Shown in pieces: positions 36,901 to 44,900 of a stretch of 63,251 bases of DNA; the first letter of the stretch is position 1; every line of letters starts with the position of its first letter. Source of the DNA: a virus (Duplodnaviria > Caudoviricetes); the IMG/VR virus record IMGVR_UViG_3300042569_000591, positions 1 to 63,251 of that record; one strand, written 5' to 3'. A program made the position numbers and the translations under genes. The notes below the pieces were generated by a model. That model was given only the letters and a program-made list of their open reading frames with translations, was not told the origin of the DNA and ran no database searches.

Positions 36901-37911
36901 ATTAAGTTAAATAATACTGGCAATAAAAATTCAGACTACAATGCATATTGCTACGGTAGTGGTGTTGAGTCAAATAGAATACTAGATGGGTTTAATGAGC
37001 CTTGGTTAAAATACAGCATACGCGCAAGTGGTGTTATTGAAGACTATAGTCAGCAAATAAAAGATACATCAGTAACATATAGCGGTCTTTATCGTTGGGA
37101 CTCATCAATTAATAGATTAAACGAATTTAACTTATCTATTTCTAATTTCAAGAATTTAGATAAAAACTTTGGAACGGTACAAAAGCTTTATGCTAGGACT
37201 ACTGACTTGATTGTATTACACCAAGATAAGATTACATCTGTTCTTTATGGTAAAAACCTATTGGTTGATGCTGTAGGTGGTGGATCAGTAGCTTCAGTTC
37301 CTGAAGTTCTTGGTACTCAGATTGCTTTACCTTATGAGTTTGGTATATCATCAAACCCAGAAAGTTTTGCAGTGTGGAGTGATAGAATGTATTTTACTGA
37401 TGCTAAAAGAGGTGTAGTTCTTCAAGTGCAAGGTGATCAGGTCATGCAGATATCTAGGATGGGTATGTCTGATTACTTTAGAGATCTATTAGCAAGCACA
37501 CCAAACATGGCAAAGCTTGGCGCATATGATCCATACAACCATAACTATGTCATTGCATCAACAAATAGAAGAAATACTCCATGCGATATACAGATAAATC
37601 CTATAAAAGATAGTTTTCCATATAATACAGGAGGATCACTTGATTATTTATTTTCAATATCAGGCACAACAAGTTGGGGAATTCTATTAGTTGATAATGG
37701 TTTTGGGACAAACTGGGTTGAAATACCTCCTTATTGTCAGTCAGGAATTGGTGCGCAAGACATATATGCAAGAATTCAAAATAATACCACGCTCACTCAA
37801 AGAAGAGTTATTCTTAGAGTTTATTACTGTAATACATATGTAGATTACACACTTACTCAAGGACGTGGACCAAGAACAAATTTTAATATCATAACATTAG
37901 GTAAAAAATGA
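34000..37911 (+). CDS. Tail stabilisation/muzzle protein, N-terminal part
   Basis: MNKDLDERL-P-GEYRDA-N, F-YRYKY-D-EYS, GIS-NPESFA, FTD-KRG, GAYDP. Confidence 0.8.
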   Translation: MADTQRTFLAGRMNKDLDERLIPDGEYRDAVNVTIDTSEGANIGAVQNALGNSITTNIANILSKYQVNAPLNAVTIGAISVEAENLLYWFVKADNFEGIFEYNQVTNNSLLVLGCEIPNAVRLNFDKNYLITGVNYVTDGNGGGLLIWNDNLNPPRKININRCKTYNLNDPRINDDINLIVAPPLNSPFISLSTQTTSSSNPNNIEDKFVYFSYRYKYIDNEYSSMSPFSAASFNPKMLQIDTETGDNKGMLNEFNQVQVTFETGNEFVKEIQLLVWESRTLNVKIVETLNKEEMGIQSNSAYSFYFMNNKTYAALPSDQVSRLFDNVPLKALSQDIIGSRLIMGNYTQFRDLIGYNSKEFIDIDYTVKYVDETVSSLPKQTWRSDRDYEIGIAYLDDYGRMTTVLTTTNDNSVNDLSNSVYIPAANSSTANSLIVSIKNEAPEWATGYRLFVKQSKTEYYNIFPITFLKKNNFRYFLINEADRDKIKVNGYIIFKSSGGSPTNSNKQFKILELEQKEALFIPNAIEGLYFKIKADPTDSFLATSNQQSYSKNASGRGPRPIACTTDPDTQPPVTNRFFDIQGPVYYSGTSPSSTINQGPTVSANISSSVSTTDLRLTIEIVNSVTFRWTIDVGQNWWIADLPISTSPISLQATGFSISVQFSSNGLAGSPQYNIGDKFVFNVRTLSALSGTPAQPNGNRGLPPSVPLSGQTNTYGGHAVIEGPGPIFPGAVISINILNDGPQTSAPGQNASSMTFQASQGYYKNIEEWFWQSGAYLSFVQYDQNGNNLQAAAVTFRDGSFITNSPSNQMQQQLSGSNFMLIRGFGDASVCSKNLIQVELKVTQTPPNAQLSAETVPFDDDVDIYYEMSRTYPIETGNHLVLWKYDVSTIAANTTLIQNGNKYPHYFDVGQSVYVTASNIPAGYYTITNVPNRYSITINFSAASSAPGGVSNSDLEKDQSGTLNQAVIKLNNTGNKNSDYNAYCYGSGVESNRILDGFNEPWLKYSIRASGVIEDYSQQIKDTSVTYSGLYRWDSSINRLNEFNLSISNFKNLDKNFGTVQKLYARTTDLIVLHQDKITSVLYGKNLLVDAVGGGSVASVPEVLGTQIALPYEFGISSNPESFAVWSDRMYFTDAKRGVVLQVQGDQVMQISRMGMSDYFRDLLASTPNMAKLGAYDPYNHNYVIASTNRRNTPCDIQINPIKDSFPYNTGGSLDYLFSISGTTSWGILLVDNGFGTNWVEIPPYCQSGIGAQDIYARIQNNTTLTQRRVILRVYYCNTYVDYTLTQGRGPRTNFNIITLGKK

Positions 37912-40562
37912 GTGTAAAAACTAAGCAGTTATTTAGCTACACAGGTAGTTTAACATATACGATTGATAATGTAGTGTTAAGTGATGGTGCGATTGCATTA
38001 TTTGATGCATCTACAGGGATTGGTGGAGTTGGGTATGTACCATATAATGGATCTTTAGTTACTGTTGTTGCTGGTGATGTTTTATCAGACTATCGTCAAC
38101 TTGCTCCAACATTAAATAATAAGCTATATTACTTAGTTTCTAATACTGAATATACAGCAGCTGACAAAACAATAATACTTGGTTTGGCAACTGAAATTCC
38201 AGTTATCTATTCTGGAGGAGTTTTTACAGGTCAGTTCGTTTTCTCAAATCCAAATAATTACGAATATGTCTATTTATTGTGGGATTATGAGGATAAAATT
38301 AACACGGTTGCATCTTACAAGGGCGTAACAGAAAGTCGATCAATTGACATGTCTTTTGGTTCTAATATAGGTAGAGCTGGTATTAATTTCAATACTGCTG
38401 ATCCTGATCAACCAACTAGATATCAGGTTGAGTGGAATGGAGAAATTGTTATTGATACTAAATATGTTGGGGTTAATTCTTCTTCCAACTATAATGCATT
38501 AATTGCAGCTGGAGTCCCGGTAGATGAAATAGGATTAGTTGCTCCATATGACGGTACAGTAAATAATGGTGTTGGTACTGCTGAATTCTATAAGAATCTT
38601 CCAGTATCAGATGCTAGCTTAATTGTCTCATCTCCATTTAGTGGGTCTACTTGGATTGTAAATAAAATTAGTCCATATTTAACTCAGTTTTATATTGATA
38701 ATGATCCTGGAACACCTTTAAATGTATGTGCTCAATGTCCTAATGTATCTACTTACCATAATGGCGTTGATGCCCTGCCAAATGTTGGAGATCAGTTGTT
38801 TACAACAAGCACAGGTTCAGATGTTTACATTGGTGATGATTCTCTACATCTTATTGATAGCACATCGTGTGTGACTCCTCCTATATCTAACTTAAGCTAT
38901 ATTGAGGTAAGTCCAACTGGTGAGGTGGCATCAAAACAAAGTTGTACTTGTTCAGAATTTGCGGTTCCATTTATTATTGCAGATCCAATATCAACTGCTA
39001 CCAATGTATCAGAAAATGTAACTATTGAAGTTATTAATAACCCAACCTCATGGAATTTACTTGCAAGTACATTGCCAAATCAAGTAACATTTTCAAATGG
39101 GGATTTATATTTTAATAATTGTCCTGCAGGAGTATACTCAATAACAGTTAGAGCTCAAAATTGCTTTGGCGTTAGCTTAGCTGTTACAATTCCTATTACA
39201 GTGTCTGATCCTGGAAATATGAAGCCTTTTTTAATTGACGTTGAGCAATTTAAAGAATCTGGATCAGATGCTTGCTTGGTTATACCCACGTTCACTTTAA
39301 TGTACTTTGACGGTGATGGATATATACCTGATTTAGTAGATAAAGTATTCTATGATTCAGATGGATTACGTCCATTTATGGGAGGTAAAAAATGGTATCA
39401 GATTAATGACTCAGATTATAGCATACAAATTGACCAAGATGGAACAATTATTGCTAAATCTAATTGTCCTGGCACTACTACAACAACTACGACAACTAGT
39501 ACAACTACTCTTCCAACTGGAACATACTTTTCAGGAACATCTTGCTCTGATAATTCAGTTACTGTAGTTTTAAGAAATTCATTAGGTACTCCGATAACTA
39601 CATCATTAGTTGTTAGAACTACAGATGGTAATTGTTGGAGAATAAATGGATCAACATCGGCATCATTTCCTTATTACAATATAGTCACGCCTATTGTTAC
39701 ATATGCAGATTGCACTGCGTGTACTGGAACTACTACAACAACGACTACTACAACAACTACAACGGCAACTCCTGTAAGTAGTTTTGATCTTGATGTAACT
39801 CCATTTAATACAAGTGTATTAGCATGTACATCCACACCATCTTATGTTACATATTATCATACTGGAACACTAGCAGTAAACAGTTTTGTTTACATTGACT
39901 CAGGAGCTACTACATTGTTTGATGGAGCATTTTTATGGTATTTAGTTAGAAAATCAGGTGTAATTTATGCTTGCTTAATTGCTGACACTGGTCAAATACT
40001 GCAATTATTAGCTTGTTCTGGTGTAACTACTACAACTACAACGACAACAATACCTTATTACTACTATATTGGTAATAAATGTGTTGGTGGTGCTTCTGTG
40101 TTGATGAGATACCAAGGATTTGAGCCTCTGTCTCTTCCTAATTTCATAAAAGATAGTAATGGAGATTGTATTACTATATCAGCAACAGCATCTCCAGGTT
40201 CTCAGAATGGTGATATTTACTATGTATATGGAAGCTGCTCTGAATGTGCAGCAACTACAACCACGACATCAACTACAACCACGACATCAACAACTACAAC
40301 AACTACGACAACCACAACTACAACAATGCCAACTTATACGAAGTTGGTTTTGTCATACTCTTCTTCACAATCATCTGTTTGTACAGATATAAATATTGGA
40401 GATTATTATGTAAATGGAGCAATTGGTATTCCTGGAAATAATATCTTTACAGATATCTTAGGAGTTACATTAGCTCCTGCTGGTTGGTATTTGAATTTAA
40501 TTATTAATGTTGCTTACGAGTGGGACGGATCAGACTGGACCGGGGCAACTAAATCTTGCTAA
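37908..40562 (+). CDS. Tail appendage protein with Cys-rich modules and four poly-Thr tracts
   Basis: Thr runs at ~39473, ~39730, ~40026 and ~40253 separating Cys-containing beta modules. Confidence 0.8.
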   Translation: MSVKTKQLFSYTGSLTYTIDNVVLSDGAIALFDASTGIGGVGYVPYNGSLVTVVAGDVLSDYRQLAPTLNNKLYYLVSNTEYTAADKTIILGLATEIPVIYSGGVFTGQFVFSNPNNYEYVYLLWDYEDKINTVASYKGVTESRSIDMSFGSNIGRAGINFNTADPDQPTRYQVEWNGEIVIDTKYVGVNSSSNYNALIAAGVPVDEIGLVAPYDGTVNNGVGTAEFYKNLPVSDASLIVSSPFSGSTWIVNKISPYLTQFYIDNDPGTPLNVCAQCPNVSTYHNGVDALPNVGDQLFTTSTGSDVYIGDDSLHLIDSTSCVTPPISNLSYIEVSPTGEVASKQSCTCSEFAVPFIIADPISTATNVSENVTIEVINNPTSWNLLASTLPNQVTFSNGDLYFNNCPAGVYSITVRAQNCFGVSLAVTIPITVSDPGNMKPFLIDVEQFKESGSDACLVIPTFTLMYFDGDGYIPDLVDKVFYDSDGLRPFMGGKKWYQINDSDYSIQIDQDGTIIAKSNCPGTTTTTTTTSTTTLPTGTYFSGTSCSDNSVTVVLRNSLGTPITTSLVVRTTDGNCWRINGSTSASFPYYNIVTPIVTYADCTACTGTTTTTTTTTTTTATPVSSFDLDVTPFNTSVLACTSTPSYVTYYHTGTLAVNSFVYIDSGATTLFDGAFLWYLVRKSGVIYACLIADTGQILQLLACSGVTTTTTTTTIPYYYYIGNKCVGGASVLMRYQGFEPLSLPNFIKDSNGDCITISATASPGSQNGDIYYVYGSCSECAATTTTTSTTTTTSTTTTTTTTTTTTMPTYTKLVLSYSSSQSSVCTDINIGDYYVNGAIGIPGNNIFTDILGVTLAPAGWYLNLIINVAYEWDGSDWTGATKSC

Positions 40563-41479
40563 TGAAGACATTAAGAATGTTGTCAGCGCAACCTGCGCTT
40601 GACTACTATGCTTGGCAGATAGAGGTGTGTATACATAACTTTGCATCTCTAGGATATAAGAACATTGACATAGTCGCTGGCTATCAAGACGAGATACCAG
40701 AATCATGGAATAAGCTGTATCAGACCTACTCTGACATAGCTAGATTCTTCTTCTATAAAGATACCATGGGTGACTGCAATTACCCACCTGCTATTCAGGC
40801 CCACTTACTTCAGAAGCATTTTAAGAAGCATCCAGAACTAAAAGACGACGTGTTCTTTTTTCACGATGCTGACTTTGTATTCACCAAATATATGGACTTC
40901 ACACCATATATAGATGGCGATACTTGGTACTTCTCAGACACTATCTCATACATAGGCTACGACTATATCATGAGCAAGGGAGAAGAGGTCTTAAAAGCGA
41001 TGTGTAATCAAGTCGGAATATCTCGCAAATTAGTTGAGTTCTACAAAAACAAAAGCGGTGGCGCTCAAAAACTAATGAAGAATTTAACGTCACATTATTG
41101 GAAAAAGGTTGAGCAAGATAGTAAGGCTTTATATAACATACTGAACAACCTTCAACATGTTAGAAAGGAAGGCGATCCGAACGGCATACAAGCATGGACT
41201 GCAAGCATGTGGGCAGAGCTATGGAATGCTTGGTTTTTTGGACATCAAGTTGAAGTGCCTAAAGACTTTGACTTTGCTTGGGCAACATGTCCGTCTATTA
41301 AATGGGATGAATTATATTTTTTTCATAATGCCGGTGTAATGAATGCCAATCAAGGTATGTTTCATAAGGCAGCATACATGCATGAGATACCGTTTGATAC
41401 TGATATAAAACTTGATCCAAATAGATGCTCACATAAGTACTATGAGATTATCAAAAGCATGAAAAGCTGCTTGGTCTAA
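40556..41479 (+). CDS. Putative GT-A glycosyltransferase (HPAT/peptidyl-serine galactosyltransferase-like)
   Basis: FFFHDADFVF DxD motif, NYPP, GGAQ, W-A-MWA, FFHNAG. Confidence 0.65.
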   Translation: MLMKTLRMLSAQPALDYYAWQIEVCIHNFASLGYKNIDIVAGYQDEIPESWNKLYQTYSDIARFFFYKDTMGDCNYPPAIQAHLLQKHFKKHPELKDDVFFFHDADFVFTKYMDFTPYIDGDTWYFSDTISYIGYDYIMSKGEEVLKAMCNQVGISRKLVEFYKNKSGGAQKLMKNLTSHYWKKVEQDSKALYNILNNLQHVRKEGDPNGIQAWTASMWAELWNAWFFGHQVEVPKDFDFAWATCPSIKWDELYFFHNAGVMNANQGMFHKAAYMHEIPFDTDIKLDPNRCSHKYYEIIKSMKSCLV

Positions 41480-41485
41480 AATTCG

Positions 41486-41493
41486 TAACTTTG
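41486..41493 (+). promoter_or_regulatory. -7 element TAACTTTG, 4 nt before an ATG
   Basis: TAnnTTTG. Confidence 0.65.
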
Positions 41494-41497
41494 TTAT

Positions 41498-42253
41498 ATG
41501 ATTATAGATACACTTACTTTCTCTAATAAAGCTGAGGGATGGACATCTAGGTGGACTTATCGTCCTGAATGGATGATTGGACTTAATAGTACATTTTATT
41601 CTTTTAAGGGTGGAAATCTATACAAGCATGATTCCAATCAAAATAGAACTCAATTTTATGATCAGCCTATTAATAATCTTTACGGCTTTTCTGTAGAGAC
41701 TATATTCAATGAGTCGCCTATGGAGATTAAAATGTTTAAGACATTATCTTTAGATTGTACAACAGCATTGAATGTTGAAGGATATACTGATTTAGATAAG
41801 GTAGAAATACTTAAAGATCAATTTGTAAATAAAGAGGGAGAGTTTCATTCTTACGTAAGGAGACCACAGAATGATGTTGATTACGAGTTATTATCTACTC
41901 AAGGTGTTGGTGTTGTCAGTCAAGTAGTATCAAATACTATTACAATCGCAGGTGAAATTACTAATGTAAACGTAGGTGATATTGCATATGGAGGTGTGAT
42001 TATTGGATCTCAAATAAGCCCATTTTTAATAGGTCAAATATCATCAGTTACACCATCATCTATAAATGTAGCCGTTGGATCTACACTCCCAGCAGTTGGC
42101 AATTATTTATTTATTGTTAAACAGTCATCTGTAGAATCTTATGGAGCAAGAGGTTACTTTCTTAATTTAAAACTTTCTTTAAGTGGAACTGAAGCAACAT
42201 CAGATCATGAGCTATTTGCTGTCAAGAGTTCTTTATTCAAAAGTTTTCCTTAA
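41498..42253 (+). CDS. Muzzle/stabilisation protein, C-terminal part as a separate gene
   Basis: TLTFS---GWTS--Y-PE-M...FYSFK-G-LY-H, K-FKT, KEG, G-RGY. Confidence 0.7.
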   Translation: MIIDTLTFSNKAEGWTSRWTYRPEWMIGLNSTFYSFKGGNLYKHDSNQNRTQFYDQPINNLYGFSVETIFNESPMEIKMFKTLSLDCTTALNVEGYTDLDKVEILKDQFVNKEGEFHSYVRRPQNDVDYELLSTQGVGVVSQVVSNTITIAGEITNVNVGDIAYGGVIIGSQISPFLIGQISSVTPSSINVAVGSTLPAVGNYLFIVKQSSVESYGARGYFLNLKLSLSGTEATSDHELFAVKSSLFKSFP

Positions 42254-42258
42254 ATTTG
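42251..42258 (+). promoter_or_regulatory. -7 element TAAATTTG, 4 nt before an ATG
   Basis: TAnnTTTG. Confidence 0.65.
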
Positions 42259-42262
42259 TTAC

Positions 42263-42667
42263 ATGGAAGTTAGGTATCTTGATGACCGTGACTACGATGT
42301 TTTGGCGTCATGGTGGAAAGATTGGAGATGGACTCCACCTCCAAAAGATATGCTACCTCAAAACGGCCGTGGAGGCTTAATGATTACAAAAGACGGTGTA
42401 GATATTTGCGCTGGATTTATATACTTTACTAACTCCGCTACGGCTTGGGTTGAGTTTATTGTATCTAATTTTCAGTATAAACAAAAAGATAGGAAGGATG
42501 CTATTATTCTTTTGATTAATGCACTTTCTGAGGTTGCTAAAGAGAATGGATGCAAGTATGTATACACCTCACTTAAGAACCAAAGTTTGATTAACTATTA
42601 TGCAGAATGTGGATTCCAAAAAGGATCTGAAAACTGCACTGAAATGATAAAGATATGGCAGCAGTAA
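42263..42667 (+). CDS. GNAT-fold-like protein preceding the ejection proteins
   Basis: CAGF-Y-TNS--AW-E-IVSN...Y---GF. Confidence 0.6.
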   Translation: MEVRYLDDRDYDVLASWWKDWRWTPPPKDMLPQNGRGGLMITKDGVDICAGFIYFTNSATAWVEFIVSNFQYKQKDRKDAIILLINALSEVAKENGCKYVYTSLKNQSLINYYAECGFQKGSENCTEMIKIWQQ

Positions 42668-43458
42668 CATCAACATTAGTAGCACTTGGAGGCGTAGGAC
42701 TCAGTGCTGCACAAGCCATCAAGGCAAACAAAGACATGAAGGCTGCAAGTGCAGCGTCACAACAAGCAAAAAATCAACTTAAGCAAATTAAGGAGACAAA
42801 CCCTTTCAAGGCAGTTCAGACACCTATGCTTGGTTTTGAATTAGCTCAACAACAGCAATCACAACGTGAATCTCAAATGGTAGAAGCATTGCAAGGTGTT
42901 GGTGCTGAAGGCGTTATTGGTGGCATTGGTCAATTGGCTCAAGCTGGTAACGAGCAAGATTTACAACTAGCTGCTCAAGCAAATCAAACACAATTCCAAA
43001 GAGATATGGCTCAAGCTGAAGCTGAGTCAGGCATTGAAGCGCGTAAGGCTGAGAGAGATTGGATGGCTGGAATTGGAGAAATTCAGGAACAAAATATGCG
43101 AAGAGCTGAAGCAGCTGCTAATAGAAATGCAGCTATTCAAGGAGCTTTTCAATCTTTAGGAACAGCAGCTCTGGGAGCTGACAAGATGGTTGATTTATAT
43201 AGAAATACAGGTGATGCCACTAACGTAGCTACTCAAGCTACTCAAGCTGGACAAGATGCGCTTGGTAATCCATTTAGAAGGCCTAATCCTTTAGATCAAC
43301 CACTTACAGATTCAACTAGATTAAATTATTTATTTGATAATCCTGTTGCTGGTAATATGAGATTAAGAAATAACACTAATATTGACTACCTTTTTAATAA
43401 CCCATTTGGTCAAAGAATTAACCCAGTAAATGTTAGTTTACTAAATAGTCTTAAGTAA
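42655..43458 (+). CDS. Internal virion/ejection protein
   Basis: Hydrophobic Gly/Ala N-terminus, Gln/Ala coiled coil; position. Confidence 0.7.
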   Translation: MAAVTSTLVALGGVGLSAAQAIKANKDMKAASAASQQAKNQLKQIKETNPFKAVQTPMLGFELAQQQQSQRESQMVEALQGVGAEGVIGGIGQLAQAGNEQDLQLAAQANQTQFQRDMAQAEAESGIEARKAERDWMAGIGEIQEQNMRRAEAAANRNAAIQGAFQSLGTAALGADKMVDLYRNTGDATNVATQATQAGQDALGNPFRRPNPLDQPLTDSTRLNYLFDNPVAGNMRLRNNTNIDYLFNNPFGQRINPVNVSLLNSLK

Positions 43459-43459
43459 T

Positions 43460-44878
43460 ATGTCAACTAATAATCAAAACATATTTGGATACATGCCTGT
43501 TGAGTCAGTCGACTGGGCAAAGGGCTTCAATGATTTATCCAAAACAATTGGTGGTATTGGAGAAAGACGCGAAAAAGAAAAGGAAGAGCTTGATAAATTA
43601 AAGGATGACAATATAAAAACAATCCAACAGTCTGATTCATTTGCTAGTCAGAATTTTGGACAGATGATGCTTGGTGGATCTCAAGATGGTGTTGCCTTAA
43701 TGAAGCAGTGGAACGATGCTCTTAAAAAAGGTCAATTAGATCCAAAACAATACAAGCAAAACGTCAACAACTTAATGGAAAGCTGGAAAACGCTAGGTAA
43801 TAGTGTTAAAAGCTTTGACGCTAAAAATGCTGAGCTTCAGAAAATGATTAAAGATAATAAGGCATCTAAAGCTTCTATTGAGGCTGCTCAATATTTTGCT
43901 AGAATGGGTGAACTTAAAAATCTAAAGGTATTTATAGATCCATCAACAGGAACAGTAAGCACAGGAAGACTAGACCCTAAAACAGGACGGGTTATCCCAG
44001 ATACAATAGAAAGTGCAAAGACTATTGCTGATCCAAGTAATGCTGTTTTCGATAAAGTAAATCTTGACGAGGCTGTTAATGAGACAACTAAGCTTTGGAA
44101 AGATTATGTAGTTGAGAATGGATTGACAACTATAAGTGATCTTAGAAAAAATCCAATGTTTGCGTCAAAAATGGCTGACTTAAAAGGAGCCTTGACTAGC
44201 AACGATCGTTTGACTTTAAGTATTCTTCAGGATAATACTGATGAGGACTATTCAACTTATTATACCAATGAAGACAGGGTTGCTTTAATGGAGCAAATGG
44301 TCCAAAGAGAAAACGAAATAAGAGCTTACCAAGATAAAGGCAAGCTAACTGGATCAGAGCTTCAAGAATTCTTAAATAAGGCCGAACAAAAGCTTATACC
44401 TATGCAGAAAGATCCATCTGGTGTTTATCAACCTATGTTGACTGAAGCACAAAGAGAGGAAGCTAGAAAAGCAATTGACACTGCAGCAGCTCTTCAACTT
44501 GGATTTAAAGTGATGCAGGATGAACCTAAAGCCCCATCTGGTGGAGGTGGTTCAACTCCAAAAGAAGATAAGCCAGAATACTATGCATTGGCTTCTCAAG
44601 TTAGAAACGCTTGGCTAGATGGTGATGTTGAAAGATTAAACACTTTGTCTGCTGGTAAATTTATATTTGAGAAAGTTGGCAAAGGAACATATAGAGTAAT
44701 AAATTCAGCTAATCCTAAAGACGTTAGGGGTCCATTTAATTACATTAATGATGTTGGGCCTTTCTTTGGAACTAATCAAGGTTCATGGATTAAGCAAATG
44801 AATAAAGCTAGAACAGCAGCTGGAGTACAACAACCTGCTGGTAAAAAACAAACATCTTCTGGTATTAATTGGGGATAA
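43460..44878 (+). CDS. Internal virion/ejection protein
   Basis: VDW N-terminal motif, helical; precedes the giant gene. Confidence 0.65.
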   Translation: MSTNNQNIFGYMPVESVDWAKGFNDLSKTIGGIGERREKEKEELDKLKDDNIKTIQQSDSFASQNFGQMMLGGSQDGVALMKQWNDALKKGQLDPKQYKQNVNNLMESWKTLGNSVKSFDAKNAELQKMIKDNKASKASIEAAQYFARMGELKNLKVFIDPSTGTVSTGRLDPKTGRVIPDTIESAKTIADPSNAVFDKVNLDEAVNETTKLWKDYVVENGLTTISDLRKNPMFASKMADLKGALTSNDRLTLSILQDNTDEDYSTYYTNEDRVALMEQMVQRENEIRAYQDKGKLTGSELQEFLNKAEQKLIPMQKDPSGVYQPMLTEAQREEARKAIDTAAALQLGFKVMQDEPKAPSGGGGSTPKEDKPEYYALASQVRNAWLDGDVERLNTLSAGKFIFEKVGKGTYRVINSANPKDVRGPFNYINDVGPFFGTNQGSWIKQMNKARTAAGVQQPAGKKQTSSGINWG

Positions 44879-44900
44879 AATAATAATTAAAAAAATAAAT

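Noticed and set aside
37900-37911. Frameshift fusion of the muzzle N-part to the poly-Thr gene at GGTAAAAAATGA
   Set aside because: An ordinary ATGA coupling overlap explains it; no further evidence.
37908-41479. Diversity-generating retroelement acting on the tail appendage
   Set aside because: No reverse transcriptase or template/variable repeat pair seen.
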